Shown here: positions 18,785-28,268 of the stretch, piece by piece | How positions within the stretch are numbered: position 1 is the first letter of the stretch | Layout: every line of letters starts with the position of its first letter | Source of the DNA: Candidatus Uhrbacteria bacterium | GTDB taxonomy: Bacteria > Patescibacteriota > Patescibacteriia > UBA9934 > GWF2-40-263 | DNA length: 64,000 nucleotides | Reading direction: 5' to 3' | Assembly: GCA_016188495.1 (NCBI GenBank) | Contig: JACPHU010000010.1 | Coordinates: 349-64,348 of the forward strand | Notes under the pieces: generated by a model | Told to the model about the DNA's origin: nothing | Databases searched by the model: none | The model's input: the letters and a program-made list of their open reading frames with translations, nothing else | Program-made: the position numbers and the translations under genes

Positions 18785-19639
18785 TTACTTTTCCTGCTTC
18801 ACCAGATCGTCGTCGATGCGCCGGAAGGCCTTCTCTGCTCTTCTCTGGAATTCCCCCTTGAGTGCTTCCAGTAGCGCCTGGAAGATGCGTCTTATGGGAT
18901 CATTGAGAATGGTCCAGGTTAAGGACCAGGGCCACCAGGTCATCCACATAAGAATTCGTTTCTTGTGGTTTTCCATGGATGGAATGAGAGCATTTTTGAA
19001 CTCTGGACCGGCTAACAGAGTGCGAAACTCTGTCTTGATTTCTTTCGGAAGGGTAGATTCACAGACGTATTTGATCTTTTCCGAATATTCACGATGGAAG
19101 ATTTGATTCCATTCCATCTGTTCCTCGGAGATAGGGGGTTCAGGATTACCCCTCTCTCTTGTTCCCTGAACGGAAAAGTTTGACCTCTTGCTGTCTTTTT
19201 CATATTCCGGATGTTTACGAGCAAAACGCTCCAGCGTTCGTTCGTAGGTTTCCGGACAGAAATCGAGTAGGAAGGCTTCCTTTAATTCTTCGGGGATCGT
19301 TGTGCCATACTCACGGTTCAGTTTCAGGAATACGCTCTTCTTTTTTTCGTAACGTTTCCATTCATCTTTGGTGAAGAATCCCCATTTTCCGTACAGGGCC
19401 CAGAAACAACCACCGATGAAGTAACCGATAACGTAAAGAATGGTCACGACCGGATGTTCGACCACTGCACCGATGATATCAATCCCTGCCACAAACTGCA
19501 GGGCAATGAGCGTACCGATCACGGTGATCGTAGCGATGCCGGACCTCTCTAGTTCGATGAGAGCGAATAGTCCGAGAATAACCACAGCACTCAGAATGAG
19601 CGCCCACAGAGGAACCCCGAACACCAGTGCAAGAAACAT
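18785..19639 (-). CDS. Hypothetical membrane protein
   Basis: Three N-terminal hydrophobic segments; C-terminal WMTWWPWSLTW..LNDP motif; own promoter-like TTGACA near 19731-19736. Confidence 0.8.
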   Translation of the reverse strand: MFLALVFGVPLWALILSAVVILGLFALIELERSGIATITVIGTLIALQFVAGIDIIGAVVEHPVVTILYVIGYFIGGCFWALYGKWGFFTKDEWKRYEKKKSVFLKLNREYGTTIPEELKEAFLLDFCPETYERTLERFARKHPEYEKDSKRSNFSVQGTRERGNPEPPISEEQMEWNQIFHREYSEKIKYVCESTLPKEIKTEFRTLLAGPEFKNALIPSMENHKKRILMWMTWWPWSLTWTILNDPIRRIFQALLEALKGEFQRRAEKAFRRIDDDLVKQEK

Positions 19640-19779
19640 GTCTTTTTCCCCTTTCTTTTCCTTCTTCTTGTTTTTTTACCTTCTGTCCTGCGACAACGCA
19701 GTGAAGGAGAATAGGTAAAAATTCATTTTTTGTCAAGTGATTTGTTTAAAAACACCCATGTGTGGGTGTTTCGTCTTTA

Positions 19780-20190
19780 TCAATCTCCTTCAGTTGGAGG
19801 GGTTCCGTTTCCCCATTCATCATCATCCCACGAGAAGGGGACGGCCCAACCAACCGTTTCTGTCCCATCGGTGATTTCTGTCAGGGAAGTGAAGAGGTTC
19901 GGATCCCAGATCAGGGTCTTTGATTCGAACCAGAAATTTTCTTTTTCCAGAGAAACATCGATCTGATCTTTTTCAAAAATGTCCCCGGTTTCAAAGAACT
20001 CATCGTCCAGGACCAAACAGTCGCTGAAGCCGTTGGATCCAGGAGAATATCTAGTCTCTCCATTAACGGAGATCGTAAGGTTTTCTACACAGGTATCGAC
20101 AGAGATGACGATACCTGTGGGTTGTCCTTTCTGACAGCCTGCCATGCTTAAGAGAAGTAACAGAAAGAACTTCAAAGAACGTGTCTGCAT
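19780..20190 (-). CDS. Hypothetical lipoprotein
   Basis: MQTRSLKFFLLLLLSMAGC lipobox; SD GGGAG; start ATG 20190. Confidence 0.7.
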   Translation of the reverse strand: MQTRSLKFFLLLLLSMAGCQKGQPTGIVISVDTCVENLTISVNGETRYSPGSNGFSDCLVLDDEFFETGDIFEKDQIDVSLEKENFWFESKTLIWDPNLFTSLTEITDGTETVGWAVPFSWDDDEWGNGTPPTEGD

Positions 20191-20271
20191 CTTAAACTCC
20201 CTGTGCATGTTTAGGACCATGGATGCGAAAGGACATTAGGAAAAAAGACAGGAAAAGTCAATAGTTTGAAA

Positions 20272-23265
20272 CTAGAACAGTTTAATTTCATCTGTTGGTA
20301 GAAGGATTTCAGAATCTGTTTCTTTTGTCTCTTCAGACGTTGTATTTTCTTGCGTCTGGGATTTTTTTTCTTCAGGGGACGGAATGATTTTTACGATAGA
20401 ACCTGCTGTGGAAAGGCTATCTGAGCCTGTCTTTGAAACAGCGCGGGCAGAAAGTGCCCAAGTTCCAGACTCCGGCAGAACCCAATCAAAGGTCAAAAAA
20501 GGCGAGCTCGGGTTAAGTATTTGGCCTATGAGTTCCTGGGAGCCATTTCCTAATGTTTCGCTGTAAACGCTTACAGACTGAAAAGACTCAGGGTTTTCTA
20601 CTGAAACGACAAGCGTATAGATATTTTTTATACGTTCAATAGTTTGGCCATTTTTTGGATCGATTAGCTCCAATGCTTCTTGACCTCCTTCCGTGTTTAT
20701 TTGAACACTGATGGTGTCGGTTCCCACGTTCTCGATATCGTCATAAGCAATCGCTTTGAGTGTGTGGACCCCGCGTGAAATAGAACTTGGGATAGATGTT
20801 GAGAGAGTAAATGGGGAAGAGTTGTCTGATCCTAAGTATTGGCCATCAATAAAGAATTCTGTTCGAGCGACTCCTCTTGGGGCGTTTGCGGAAACCGAGA
20901 TGGTGAGCGAACGGGAGTTAATTTCCTCATTTTTTTTCGGAGAAGTGATTTCAACGGAAGGAAAGTTGGATGGAATATGCAAGTCGTCTGATTCTGTCGG
21001 CGGAGCTTCGCTGAGAATTTCTATCCCCGTTTCCTGTTGTTTCTTTTGGATCCAGGTTTGGATCCCCGTTTCCCAAGCTGTGTAGTTTGAGTCTTCTTCG
21101 GGGTGTTCGGGAGGTTCGCCTGTTGGATCTTCATGATTCACATAATGCAAAATAGAATGATATTCGGCATACACCCGTTCTTCTTTATAACTATCCGGAG
21201 TGTATTCTGTGGCAAGTTTTCCAGAAGCTTTATCGATCACGAGTTTTTTTGAACTGATTTGTCCATCCAGAACCGCTTTTCCTGTGGGTTTTATTTCTGG
21301 AGCCGTGAATGTTTCAATCGGAGTTCCTTCTAGGGCTCTGCGCATGAATCCATTCCAAATAGGTGCTGCGATGACAGATCCATCCGCTCCACGGACCATT
21401 TGCGTGTTGTCATTATTTCCTGTCCAAACCCCTACGGCTAAAGAAGGAGTATATCCAACGGTCCAGGCGTCTTTATAATCGTTTGTTGTTCCTGTTTTAG
21501 CCGCTACAGGACGTTCGCCAAGTTGCAGGTAGGAATTGGGCCCGAAGACGTAGGAGCGGGCATTATTATCTTTAAGAACGTCCGTAATCATTCGGGTAAC
21601 GTTTTTATCAAGAATCTTTTTTCCTTCGCGCGTTTTCCATTCTTCAAGAATGGTTCCGTATGAATCCTCCACACGCAGAATGCTCACGGTATCGTTTTTT
21701 ACACCTTCATTAGCAAAGGTTGCATACGCGTTCACATGCTCTAATAACTTTACTTCCCCTCCTCCCAATACCACAGAAAGCCCAAACGCGCTGTGGTCTG
21801 AAAAGGAAGAATATCCTAACGAGGTAGCAAAGTTTAAGGCATTTTCTACCCCAACAAGATAAACCGTTTTGACAGCGGGAATGTTAAGGGAGCCCTGAAG
21901 AGACTTGCGCATGCTTAAAGGTCCGCGTTCTCCGCCATCATAGTTATGAGGCGTATAGTTGCCAGTCACGGTAGGGAACGTTGTTTCCACATCCCAAAGG
22001 ATGGTATTTGGTGTGTAACCCATTTCAAACGCTTTTGTATATACGATTGGTTTGAAACTACTGCCTGGCTGGCGCAGGCGAGTCGTGACATTGACCTGTC
22101 CGTCGATGGTGTTATCGAAATAATCTTTTGATCCGACCATCGCAAGGATTTGTCCTGTTCTTGGATCCAGTGCCACAAGAGCTCCGTTTGAAAAACCATA
22201 TCGGTCAGAAAGATTTTCTACCCCCTTAAGGACTTCTTCCTCAGCTATTTTTTGTTTGTCATAATCTAGGGTCGTAATGACTTTTAATCCACCTTCTTCA
22301 ACGGCGCGGCGACCATAGATTTCTTCTAACTGTTCTTTTACATAAAGAACGAAATGGGGAGCTTCAATGTTTGTGAGAGACACTTCCACAGGAGTGTTTT
22401 CCAACAAAGCCGCGTCATGTTCCTCTTGAGTGATAAACCCAAGATCGAGCATCTCTCCTAAAATGTAATCCCGTCTGGCTTGGAGACGATCGGTATTGTT
22501 GAGATAAAATGTCGTCGCTTTTGGTAGTGCTGCAAGCGTGGCCGCTTGGGCGAGCGTCAATTCATTTACCGATTTTTTATAATAATTTTGAGTGGCGGCT
22601 TCTATTCCGTAGTAGGTTGAGCCATAAGGAATTTCGTTCAGATAAATTTGAAGCATTTCGTCTTTGGTATAGCGACGTTCAAGTTCTATAGAAAGAATGA
22701 GTTCCTTCACTTTTCGTGTGATCGTTTTTTCTCCGGAAAGAATGGCATTTTTCACGAGTTGTTGAGTCAGTGTTGATCCTCCCACGCGATTTCCCATGAG
22801 ATTTTGAAGAACCGCACGCGCCAACCCTTTAAAATCAAAACCTCCGTGTTGACAGAAGGAGTGGTCTTCGGCGGCGATGGTGGCTTGTACAACGAATAAA
22901 GGAATTCCACTTGCGTCTAGTTCAAGTTCAGAACCGTCTCCGCAAAAACTTGTTTGAAGCTGTTTGAGTGTTCTGTTTTCATCGCCAAAAATTTCATATA
23001 GGACATGCTCACCTGTACGATCATAAATTTTTGTTGTTTGGCTGACACTGCGTTCGGTGAGGAAATTTGGATTAGGGAGATCCCGAGAAATAAATGCCAT
23101 GAATCCCAAAAGGGCCAGCGAACCAGCAAAGACCGCAGTCACCACGATAAGAACAATGTTTTTAAGAGGAATACCCTTAAGACCTATTTTTTTCAGAGGA
23201 GATCCTGTTCGTTTAAGCTGTTTTTTGTGACTCCAACCGTGGCGATTGTATGGATGTGTAGACAT
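20272..23265 (-). CDS. Class A penicillin-binding protein (PBP1A family) with C-terminal Ig-like domains
   Basis: Transglycosylase AAEDHSF, GGSTLTQQLVKN, RKVKE, YLNEIPYG; transpeptidase GSSFK, SLN, KTGT; C-terminal beta-rich Ig-like repeats. Confidence 0.95.
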   Translation of the reverse strand: MSTHPYNRHGWSHKKQLKRTGSPLKKIGLKGIPLKNIVLIVVTAVFAGSLALLGFMAFISRDLPNPNFLTERSVSQTTKIYDRTGEHVLYEIFGDENRTLKQLQTSFCGDGSELELDASGIPLFVVQATIAAEDHSFCQHGGFDFKGLARAVLQNLMGNRVGGSTLTQQLVKNAILSGEKTITRKVKELILSIELERRYTKDEMLQIYLNEIPYGSTYYGIEAATQNYYKKSVNELTLAQAATLAALPKATTFYLNNTDRLQARRDYILGEMLDLGFITQEEHDAALLENTPVEVSLTNIEAPHFVLYVKEQLEEIYGRRAVEEGGLKVITTLDYDKQKIAEEEVLKGVENLSDRYGFSNGALVALDPRTGQILAMVGSKDYFDNTIDGQVNVTTRLRQPGSSFKPIVYTKAFEMGYTPNTILWDVETTFPTVTGNYTPHNYDGGERGPLSMRKSLQGSLNIPAVKTVYLVGVENALNFATSLGYSSFSDHSAFGLSVVLGGGEVKLLEHVNAYATFANEGVKNDTVSILRVEDSYGTILEEWKTREGKKILDKNVTRMITDVLKDNNARSYVFGPNSYLQLGERPVAAKTGTTNDYKDAWTVGYTPSLAVGVWTGNNDNTQMVRGADGSVIAAPIWNGFMRRALEGTPIETFTAPEIKPTGKAVLDGQISSKKLVIDKASGKLATEYTPDSYKEERVYAEYHSILHYVNHEDPTGEPPEHPEEDSNYTAWETGIQTWIQKKQQETGIEILSEAPPTESDDLHIPSNFPSVEITSPKKNEEINSRSLTISVSANAPRGVARTEFFIDGQYLGSDNSSPFTLSTSIPSSISRGVHTLKAIAYDDIENVGTDTISVQINTEGGQEALELIDPKNGQTIERIKNIYTLVVSVENPESFQSVSVYSETLGNGSQELIGQILNPSSPFLTFDWVLPESGTWALSARAVSKTGSDSLSTAGSIVKIIPSPEEKKSQTQENTTSEETKETDSEILLPTDEIKLF

Positions 23266-23438
23266 ACGTTTATCTCTAAGATTACACGAAAAGTACATGA
23301 TCGAACAGTCGAATTGATTGACAAAAAGGGTATTTTATGATATCCTTATGATACTTCCTAACAGGGAAGTTTTTTCTTTTCAGAGTTCTGTCTCTATTTT
23401 GCATGCCCAACGTTGACTGTAGGAGGAAGACGTCGGGT

Positions 23439-24062
23439 ATGTTGAATAAAACAATCACACAATTTCATCGTATCTGGGAGGAAGATGTTTGTTATAGTCG
23501 GACAGTCATAACATGGGTTTATCAATGTCTGGTGCGTTTAGAGATTTTTCTCAAACCTCTTCGCCGCCAATCGGTAAATATTTCCACCTTAGTGTTTGTT
23601 CTGGTCGCAGCGGCTTATCTGCTTTTTCCAAAACTCACGAATGCGGATATGGAATTAGAACAAGCGGTTTTAGATGATGAAACGGTCTCCATGATTGTTT
23701 CCTCAATGCAAAATGAAACCACAGATTACGGTCGTCTTCCTAAATCTGAGAATGCTCCGGCTCGTGATTATTTCACGATTCCTCTCACCGCTTATACCTC
23801 TGACCCTGCTCAAACGGATGATACTCCTTGTATTACCGCTTCGGGACTGGATGTGTGTGCACGAAATGAAGAAAACGTGGTGGCGGCTAATTTTCTTCCA
23901 ATAGGAACACGTGTGCGTATCCCGGAACTGTATGGGGATCGAGTGTTCTATGTGGAAGATCGAATGAATGCCCGTTATCATTATAAAATGGATATCTGGA
24001 TGAAAGATCTTCAGGATGCGAAAACCTTTGGAGTAAAGTACGCAACGATCGAGGTTTTTTAG
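23439..24062 (+). CDS. 3D-domain cell-wall protein
   Basis: TAYTS...TDDTPCITASG, VAANFLPIGTRVRIP, VEDRM, MDIWM; start uncertain. Confidence 0.85.
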   Translation: MLNKTITQFHRIWEEDVCYSRTVITWVYQCLVRLEIFLKPLRRQSVNISTLVFVLVAAAYLLFPKLTNADMELEQAVLDDETVSMIVSSMQNETTDYGRLPKSENAPARDYFTIPLTAYTSDPAQTDDTPCITASGLDVCARNEENVVAANFLPIGTRVRIPELYGDRVFYVEDRMNARYHYKMDIWMKDLQDAKTFGVKYATIEVF

Positions 24063-24184
24063 ACATAAACAAATAAAACACCCTCGCCATTTCGGTGAGG
24101 GTGTTTCGATTATTGATCTCTCTTACATATTTTGATACGCTCCATGCCAACAATGAATACAGATTCGAATGAGAGAAGTTTTAT

Positions 24185-24316
24185 GCTATGAATGACGAAA
24201 CTCGATGAGATTTGCGTGAACGGGCTGGCAGCCCCATCAGACGTACCCAAACGTACGTCTGATGGGGTGCCTGGGCGCCCGTGAACGCAAAGATCGCGAG
24301 TTTCGTCATTCATAGC
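24185..24316 (+). repeat. Dispersed hairpin element, family A
   Basis: 20-bp perfect outer stem GCTATGAATGACGAAACTCG/CGAGTTTCGTCATTCATAGC; GATGAG/GATCGCG internal loop; ends 3 nt before tRNA-Cys. Confidence 0.85.
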
Positions 24317-24319
24317 TAT

Positions 24320-24394
24320 GGCCACGTGGCGAAGTGGGAACGCAGGGGTCTGCAAAACCTCGATGAGTCGGTTCAATCCCGACCGTGGCCTCCA
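24320..24394 (+). tRNA. tRNA-Cys(GCA)
   Basis: Acceptor GGCCACG/CGTGGCC, anticodon loop CT-GCA-AA, GGTTCAATCC T-arm, encoded CCA. Confidence 0.95.
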
Positions 24395-24466
24395 ACAAAA
24401 AACGATAGAAATTTCTATTGTTTTTTGTTATTATATACAAGGAATTAAATTTGAATCTCTGCATTT

Positions 24467-24736
24467 ATGTCTTTAGAAAAAAAGGAAGGTTTTCCTGATT
24501 CATTGGTTGAGTTTAAACAAAAAATTCGAGATTTTTCAGACAGAAACGACAGTGATGAAAAAATGTCGGAAACTAAAAGAAATTTAGAATTACTCCTCTC
24601 TTCTTTAGAAATTCTTATTTCTGAAGCTGCTTCAAAGGACGATAAGGCTTGGAGATACGATGATTTGAAAAAACAATTAGAAGGTTGTAATGAAGTTTTG
24701 AGGGATATGGGTTTAAAAATCGAATTTCTAAATTAG
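24467..24736 (+). CDS. Hypothetical small acidic helical protein
   Basis: 89-aa ORF filling the intergenic gap; no motif recognised. Confidence 0.6.
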   Translation: MSLEKKEGFPDSLVEFKQKIRDFSDRNDSDEKMSETKRNLELLLSSLEILISEAASKDDKAWRYDDLKKQLEGCNEVLRDMGLKIEFLN

Positions 24737-24762
24737 ATTCTAATTTAGAAGAAAAAAACGAC

Positions 24763-25206
24763 TTAGAGAGTCGTTTTTTGAATCCGTTCCAATATTTCTG
24801 GTAGAGGTTCTTTGGTGAGGAGTTTTGGAATTTTTTCTACGAGTCGTTTCTGTACATCGTTATGGAATGCTTCCGTAAATTCGTTCAGATGTTCATGTGG
24901 GGCCGTGAGGATTAGCTCTTCGTAGCTGTGCTGCTGTAGGCGATGAAGAAGCTCTTTGGCAAGAATTTGAGAGAAGCGTCGTTCTTTTTCCATGCCAAGA
25001 TTTTCACTTTGTTCAGCAGAGTGCATGCCGCTTGGGGTCATGGTTGAAGTGCGCTCAAGGTTATCTTTTGGAGGATAATCGATCGTAATTTCTCCGGATG
25101 GCTGGATTTCTCGTTGGTGTAACGAGAAAAAGAGTGCGTGTTCGCCATCGGCAACCACTAGGAGAGTTGGCTTTTCATATGGAAGCAGGGGTTCTGGGAT
25201 GTGCAT
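24763..25206 (-). CDS. Host attachment protein / baeRF-like family
   Basis: TLLVVADGEHA.FF, RFSQILAKEL, ELILTAP..L, PKLLTK.P pattern. Confidence 0.75.
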   Translation of the reverse strand: MHIPEPLLPYEKPTLLVVADGEHALFFSLHQREIQPSGEITIDYPPKDNLERTSTMTPSGMHSAEQSENLGMEKERRFSQILAKELLHRLQQHSYEELILTAPHEHLNEFTEAFHNDVQKRLVEKIPKLLTKEPLPEILERIQKTTL

Positions 25207-25268
25207 AAGGATTGATCCTATTTGATGATAAAATGGAGAAGATCTTTTCTTATCTTACTCCTAATCTT

Positions 25269-25826
25269 ATGGATGGAAAAACATTACAGCACGAAATTGT
25301 CGATTCAATGAGAGAAATCGTTTTCGGCTTGGAGGATTCACTCGTGTCTACTCTTGGAACCATTACAGGGATCGCTGTAGGAACCCAAAGTCAGTACATT
25401 GTTATTCTTTCAGGGCTCGTCTTGATTGCTTCGGAAGCCACGTCTATGGCGGCTGGAAGTTATCTTTCAACCAAGCATGCGACCGAAGCAGAAGCCATGT
25501 TTCACGAGCGTCATGGTCTTGATGCTCATCCGGAACCAACTCACCCGATGCGTGCAGCTTTGGTGATGGGGGTATTTTATGTACTCGGGGGCGTTATTCC
25601 TCTTTCATGTTACTTTTTGCTTCCTGTTGGCCAAGCGATGGTTCCTGCGGTTGTGGTGACGGCTATCTCATTGTTTTTTGTAGGAGTGTGGGCTGCCTCA
25701 TTTACCCGTACTTCAAAAATAAAAAGTGGAATCGAGATGATGGCCGTGTCATTGGCCGCAGCATTGATTGGATACGCGATCGGTTACGCGGTGAATGCTT
25801 CTTTTGGAGTAAATTTTATAAACTAA
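25269..25826 (+). CDS. VIT1/CCC1 family iron/manganese transporter
   Basis: REIVFGLEDSLVSTLG, SMAAGSYLS, GGVIPL; five TM segments. Confidence 0.9.
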   Translation: MDGKTLQHEIVDSMREIVFGLEDSLVSTLGTITGIAVGTQSQYIVILSGLVLIASEATSMAAGSYLSTKHATEAEAMFHERHGLDAHPEPTHPMRAALVMGVFYVLGGVIPLSCYFLLPVGQAMVPAVVVTAISLFFVGVWAASFTRTSKIKSGIEMMAVSLAAALIGYAIGYAVNASFGVNFIN

Positions 25827-25835
25827 AAAAATATT

Positions 25836-26036
25836 ATGAACGTGATAGAACACGAGGTAGGGGAGCTCATCGATGAATGCGATGTGTGTGGGCTCCCTAT
25901 AGAGAATCTGGATGAGGTGATTACGCAAGATTACGGAGGCAAACTTCTGAGTTTCTGTTCGCAGTCTTGTTTTGATCTTTATTTGGAAGATCCTGCCCGT
26001 TATGCGGAGTTTGAAGATGATCAGGAGGTAGAATGA
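25836..26036 (+). CDS. YHS/TRASH metal-binding domain protein
   Basis: CDVCG....YGG....FCSQSC...Y..DP.RY. Confidence 0.8.
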   Translation: MNVIEHEVGELIDECDVCGLPIENLDEVITQDYGGKLLSFCSQSCFDLYLEDPARYAEFEDDQEVE

Positions 26037-26094
26037 CAGATTTCATAAAAAGGCTTGAAAAAAGAGCCTTTTTTTGTTACGCTTTTTGACGCTT

Positions 26095-27297
26095 ATGAAA
26101 CCAACCGTTTATCTAGATCATGCAGCCACAACTCCTCTTGACCCTCGGGTCTATGAGGCGATGTTGCCATATTTAACCGAACATTTTGGAAATCCTTCCA
26201 GTTTCCACTCTATCGGAAAAACCGTGAAAGATGCTGTTGACCAAGCGCGGGAGCAGGTGGCCCACCTTCTTCATGTCCGAAGCGATGAGATTTTGTTTAC
26301 CTCAGGTGGAACAGAATCGGATAACTTGGCTATTCTTGGCTATGCAAGAAAGAATCAGGAGCAAGGCAAACATCTTATTACCACCCGTATCGAGCATCAT
26401 GCAGTGTTGGAAGCCATGTTGCATCTTGAAAAAAAAGAAGGGTTTGAGGTGACGTATCTAGAAACGGATCGTGATGGTCTGATCTCTCCAGAGCAGGTCG
26501 AGGCTGCTTTGCGCGAAGACACCATTTTGGTTTCCATCATGTATGCCAATAATGAGATCGGAACGATAGAACCTATCGCGGTTATTGGGAACATGATTCA
26601 AAAATGGCGAGAGGTACGCAAGCGTCCAGCACTCAAATTTCACACCGACGCCTGTCAGGCATCCGAGTATCTTGAACTGGATGTGGAATCATTGCATGTA
26701 GACATGCTGACCCTTAATGGTTCAAAAATGTATGGACCAAAAGGAATAGGACTGCTCTATGTAAAACGTGGAATCAAACTTCAACCTCTCCAATTTGGAG
26801 GAGCTCAAGAGCGAGCATTGCGTCCCGGTACAGAGAATGTCGCCGGAATCATTGGTATGGCCAAGGCATTAGAACTGGCCCAGAAAGATCGAGAAAATGA
26901 ATCAATACGTCTTATTCCTTTACGTGACCGTTTGATTGAAGGCATCCAATCTTCTTTGAAAAAGACACGTTTGAATGGTCACCCGCAACAAAGGCTTCCC
27001 AATAATGTGAATATTTCCATTATGGATATTGAGGGAGAAGCACTCATTCTCTATTTGGATGCCCATGGAATTTATGCTTCTACGGGTTCTGCCTGCACAA
27101 GCGCTTCGCTTGATCCAAGTCATGTCATTCTGGCTTTAGGGCTTCCTTATGAAGTGGCTCATGGTTCCGTACGTTTTACTTTAGGGCACTCAACCACTAA
27201 CGAAGATATCGAATACGTGATTCAAACGCTCCCTGCGCTGGTCCAAAAACTGCGCTCACTCTCTCCTGTGAGGGTTGATGAAAAATATTTTTTATGA
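26095..27297 (+). CDS. iscS: Cysteine desulfurase (IscS/NifS type)
   Basis: YLDHAATTP, FTSGGTESDN, ANNEIG, HTDACQ, GSKMYGPKG, STGSACTS. Confidence 0.95.
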   Translation: MKPTVYLDHAATTPLDPRVYEAMLPYLTEHFGNPSSFHSIGKTVKDAVDQAREQVAHLLHVRSDEILFTSGGTESDNLAILGYARKNQEQGKHLITTRIEHHAVLEAMLHLEKKEGFEVTYLETDRDGLISPEQVEAALREDTILVSIMYANNEIGTIEPIAVIGNMIQKWREVRKRPALKFHTDACQASEYLELDVESLHVDMLTLNGSKMYGPKGIGLLYVKRGIKLQPLQFGGAQERALRPGTENVAGIIGMAKALELAQKDRENESIRLIPLRDRLIEGIQSSLKKTRLNGHPQQRLPNNVNISIMDIEGEALILYLDAHGIYASTGSACTSASLDPSHVILALGLPYEVAHGSVRFTLGHSTTNEDIEYVIQTLPALVQKLRSLSPVRVDEKYFL

Positions 27298-27965
27298 CAC
27301 ACAAGCAAGAACCCATTGCTGGCACCCAAGGCGATGTCACCACGCACGACAACGCGAAATCTTGGTTTTATACCGACGTGGTGAAGGATCATTTTTTTCA
27401 TCCTCGGAATTTTATGCATGAGGATGCTAACGAGAGTGATTATAATGCCATTGGAAAAGTAGGATCACCTGCCTGCGGAGACGAGCTGCGTGTCTGGATG
27501 AAGGTTGATCCGGGGACGCAACGCATTTTAGATTTTCGCTGGAAAACGTTTGGGTGCGGGAGTGCGATCGCTTCGACGTCTATGGCAAGCGTGATGGTGA
27601 CAGAAAATGGTGGAATGACGCTTGAAGAAGCGCGTAAGCTTAAACCTCAGGATATTATGGAGCGATTGGGTGGACTTCCGCAGAGAAAATTCCATTGTTC
27701 GGTCTTATGCGATAAAGCATTACGCGATGCCATTAATGATTACTATCGTCGGACGCAGCAATTTGATCATCTCGTTGTTGAAGCGTCGCGTATCATCGAT
27801 CCTGTTTCCAAGGTGACCGATCACGATATTGAAGAAGCGGTCTTAGAAGGAGCTCATACTCTTGAACTGGTTCAGCAAAAGACAAAAGTGGGAATCGGAA
27901 ACCCCAACTGTCTTCCTGCTGTAGAAGAGCTGATCCGTTTTTATAAAGAAAAATATTTCGGTTAA
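27294..27965 (+). CDS. IscU/NifU N-terminal Fe-S scaffold with degenerate BFD-like C-terminal domain
   Basis: GSPACGD, TFGCGSAIAS, LGGLP..KFHCS; C-terminal VTDHDIEEAV..GA.TLE.VQQKTKVGIG..NC. Confidence 0.9.
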   Translation: MTHKQEPIAGTQGDVTTHDNAKSWFYTDVVKDHFFHPRNFMHEDANESDYNAIGKVGSPACGDELRVWMKVDPGTQRILDFRWKTFGCGSAIASTSMASVMVTENGGMTLEEARKLKPQDIMERLGGLPQRKFHCSVLCDKALRDAINDYYRRTQQFDHLVVEASRIIDPVSKVTDHDIEEAVLEGAHTLELVQQKTKVGIGNPNCLPAVEELIRFYKEKYFG

Positions 27966-27989
27966 TAATTCTTTTTTTGAAGAAAATGT

Positions 27990-28259
27990 ATGCCAAAAAT
28001 TCGCGTGCTCGTTGATCCTGACCTGTGTATTGGTGCTGCTTCTTGCGTCACGATCGCCCCTGAAACGTTTCAGCTCAATGAAGAAAATAAAGCGTGGGTG
28101 TTAGATCATGGGTCCGAACCAGACGGACACACCTACGAGCGATGGCTCGAGGTCACAGAAGAAGAAAAGGAAAATATTATCCTTGGAGCCCAGTCTTGTC
28201 CGACGCTTGCCATTTTTATTTTTGATGAAGCAGGGGTGCAGTTGTTTCCTGAACGGTAG
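27990..28259 (+). CDS. Ferredoxin (probably [3Fe-4S])
   Basis: CIGAASC..IAPETF...CP: second Cys of CxxCxxC replaced by Ala. Confidence 0.88.
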   Translation: MPKIRVLVDPDLCIGAASCVTIAPETFQLNEENKAWVLDHGSEPDGHTYERWLEVTEEEKENIILGAQSCPTLAIFIFDEAGVQLFPER

Positions 28260-28268
28260 AGGTGACTT

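Noticed and set aside
24110-24376. ORF-track ORFs over tRNAs and repeats (24110-24376, 32249-32464, 32261-32455, 54271-54579, 54293-54493)
   Set aside because: They overlap clear tRNA genes and hairpin elements; spurious frames.
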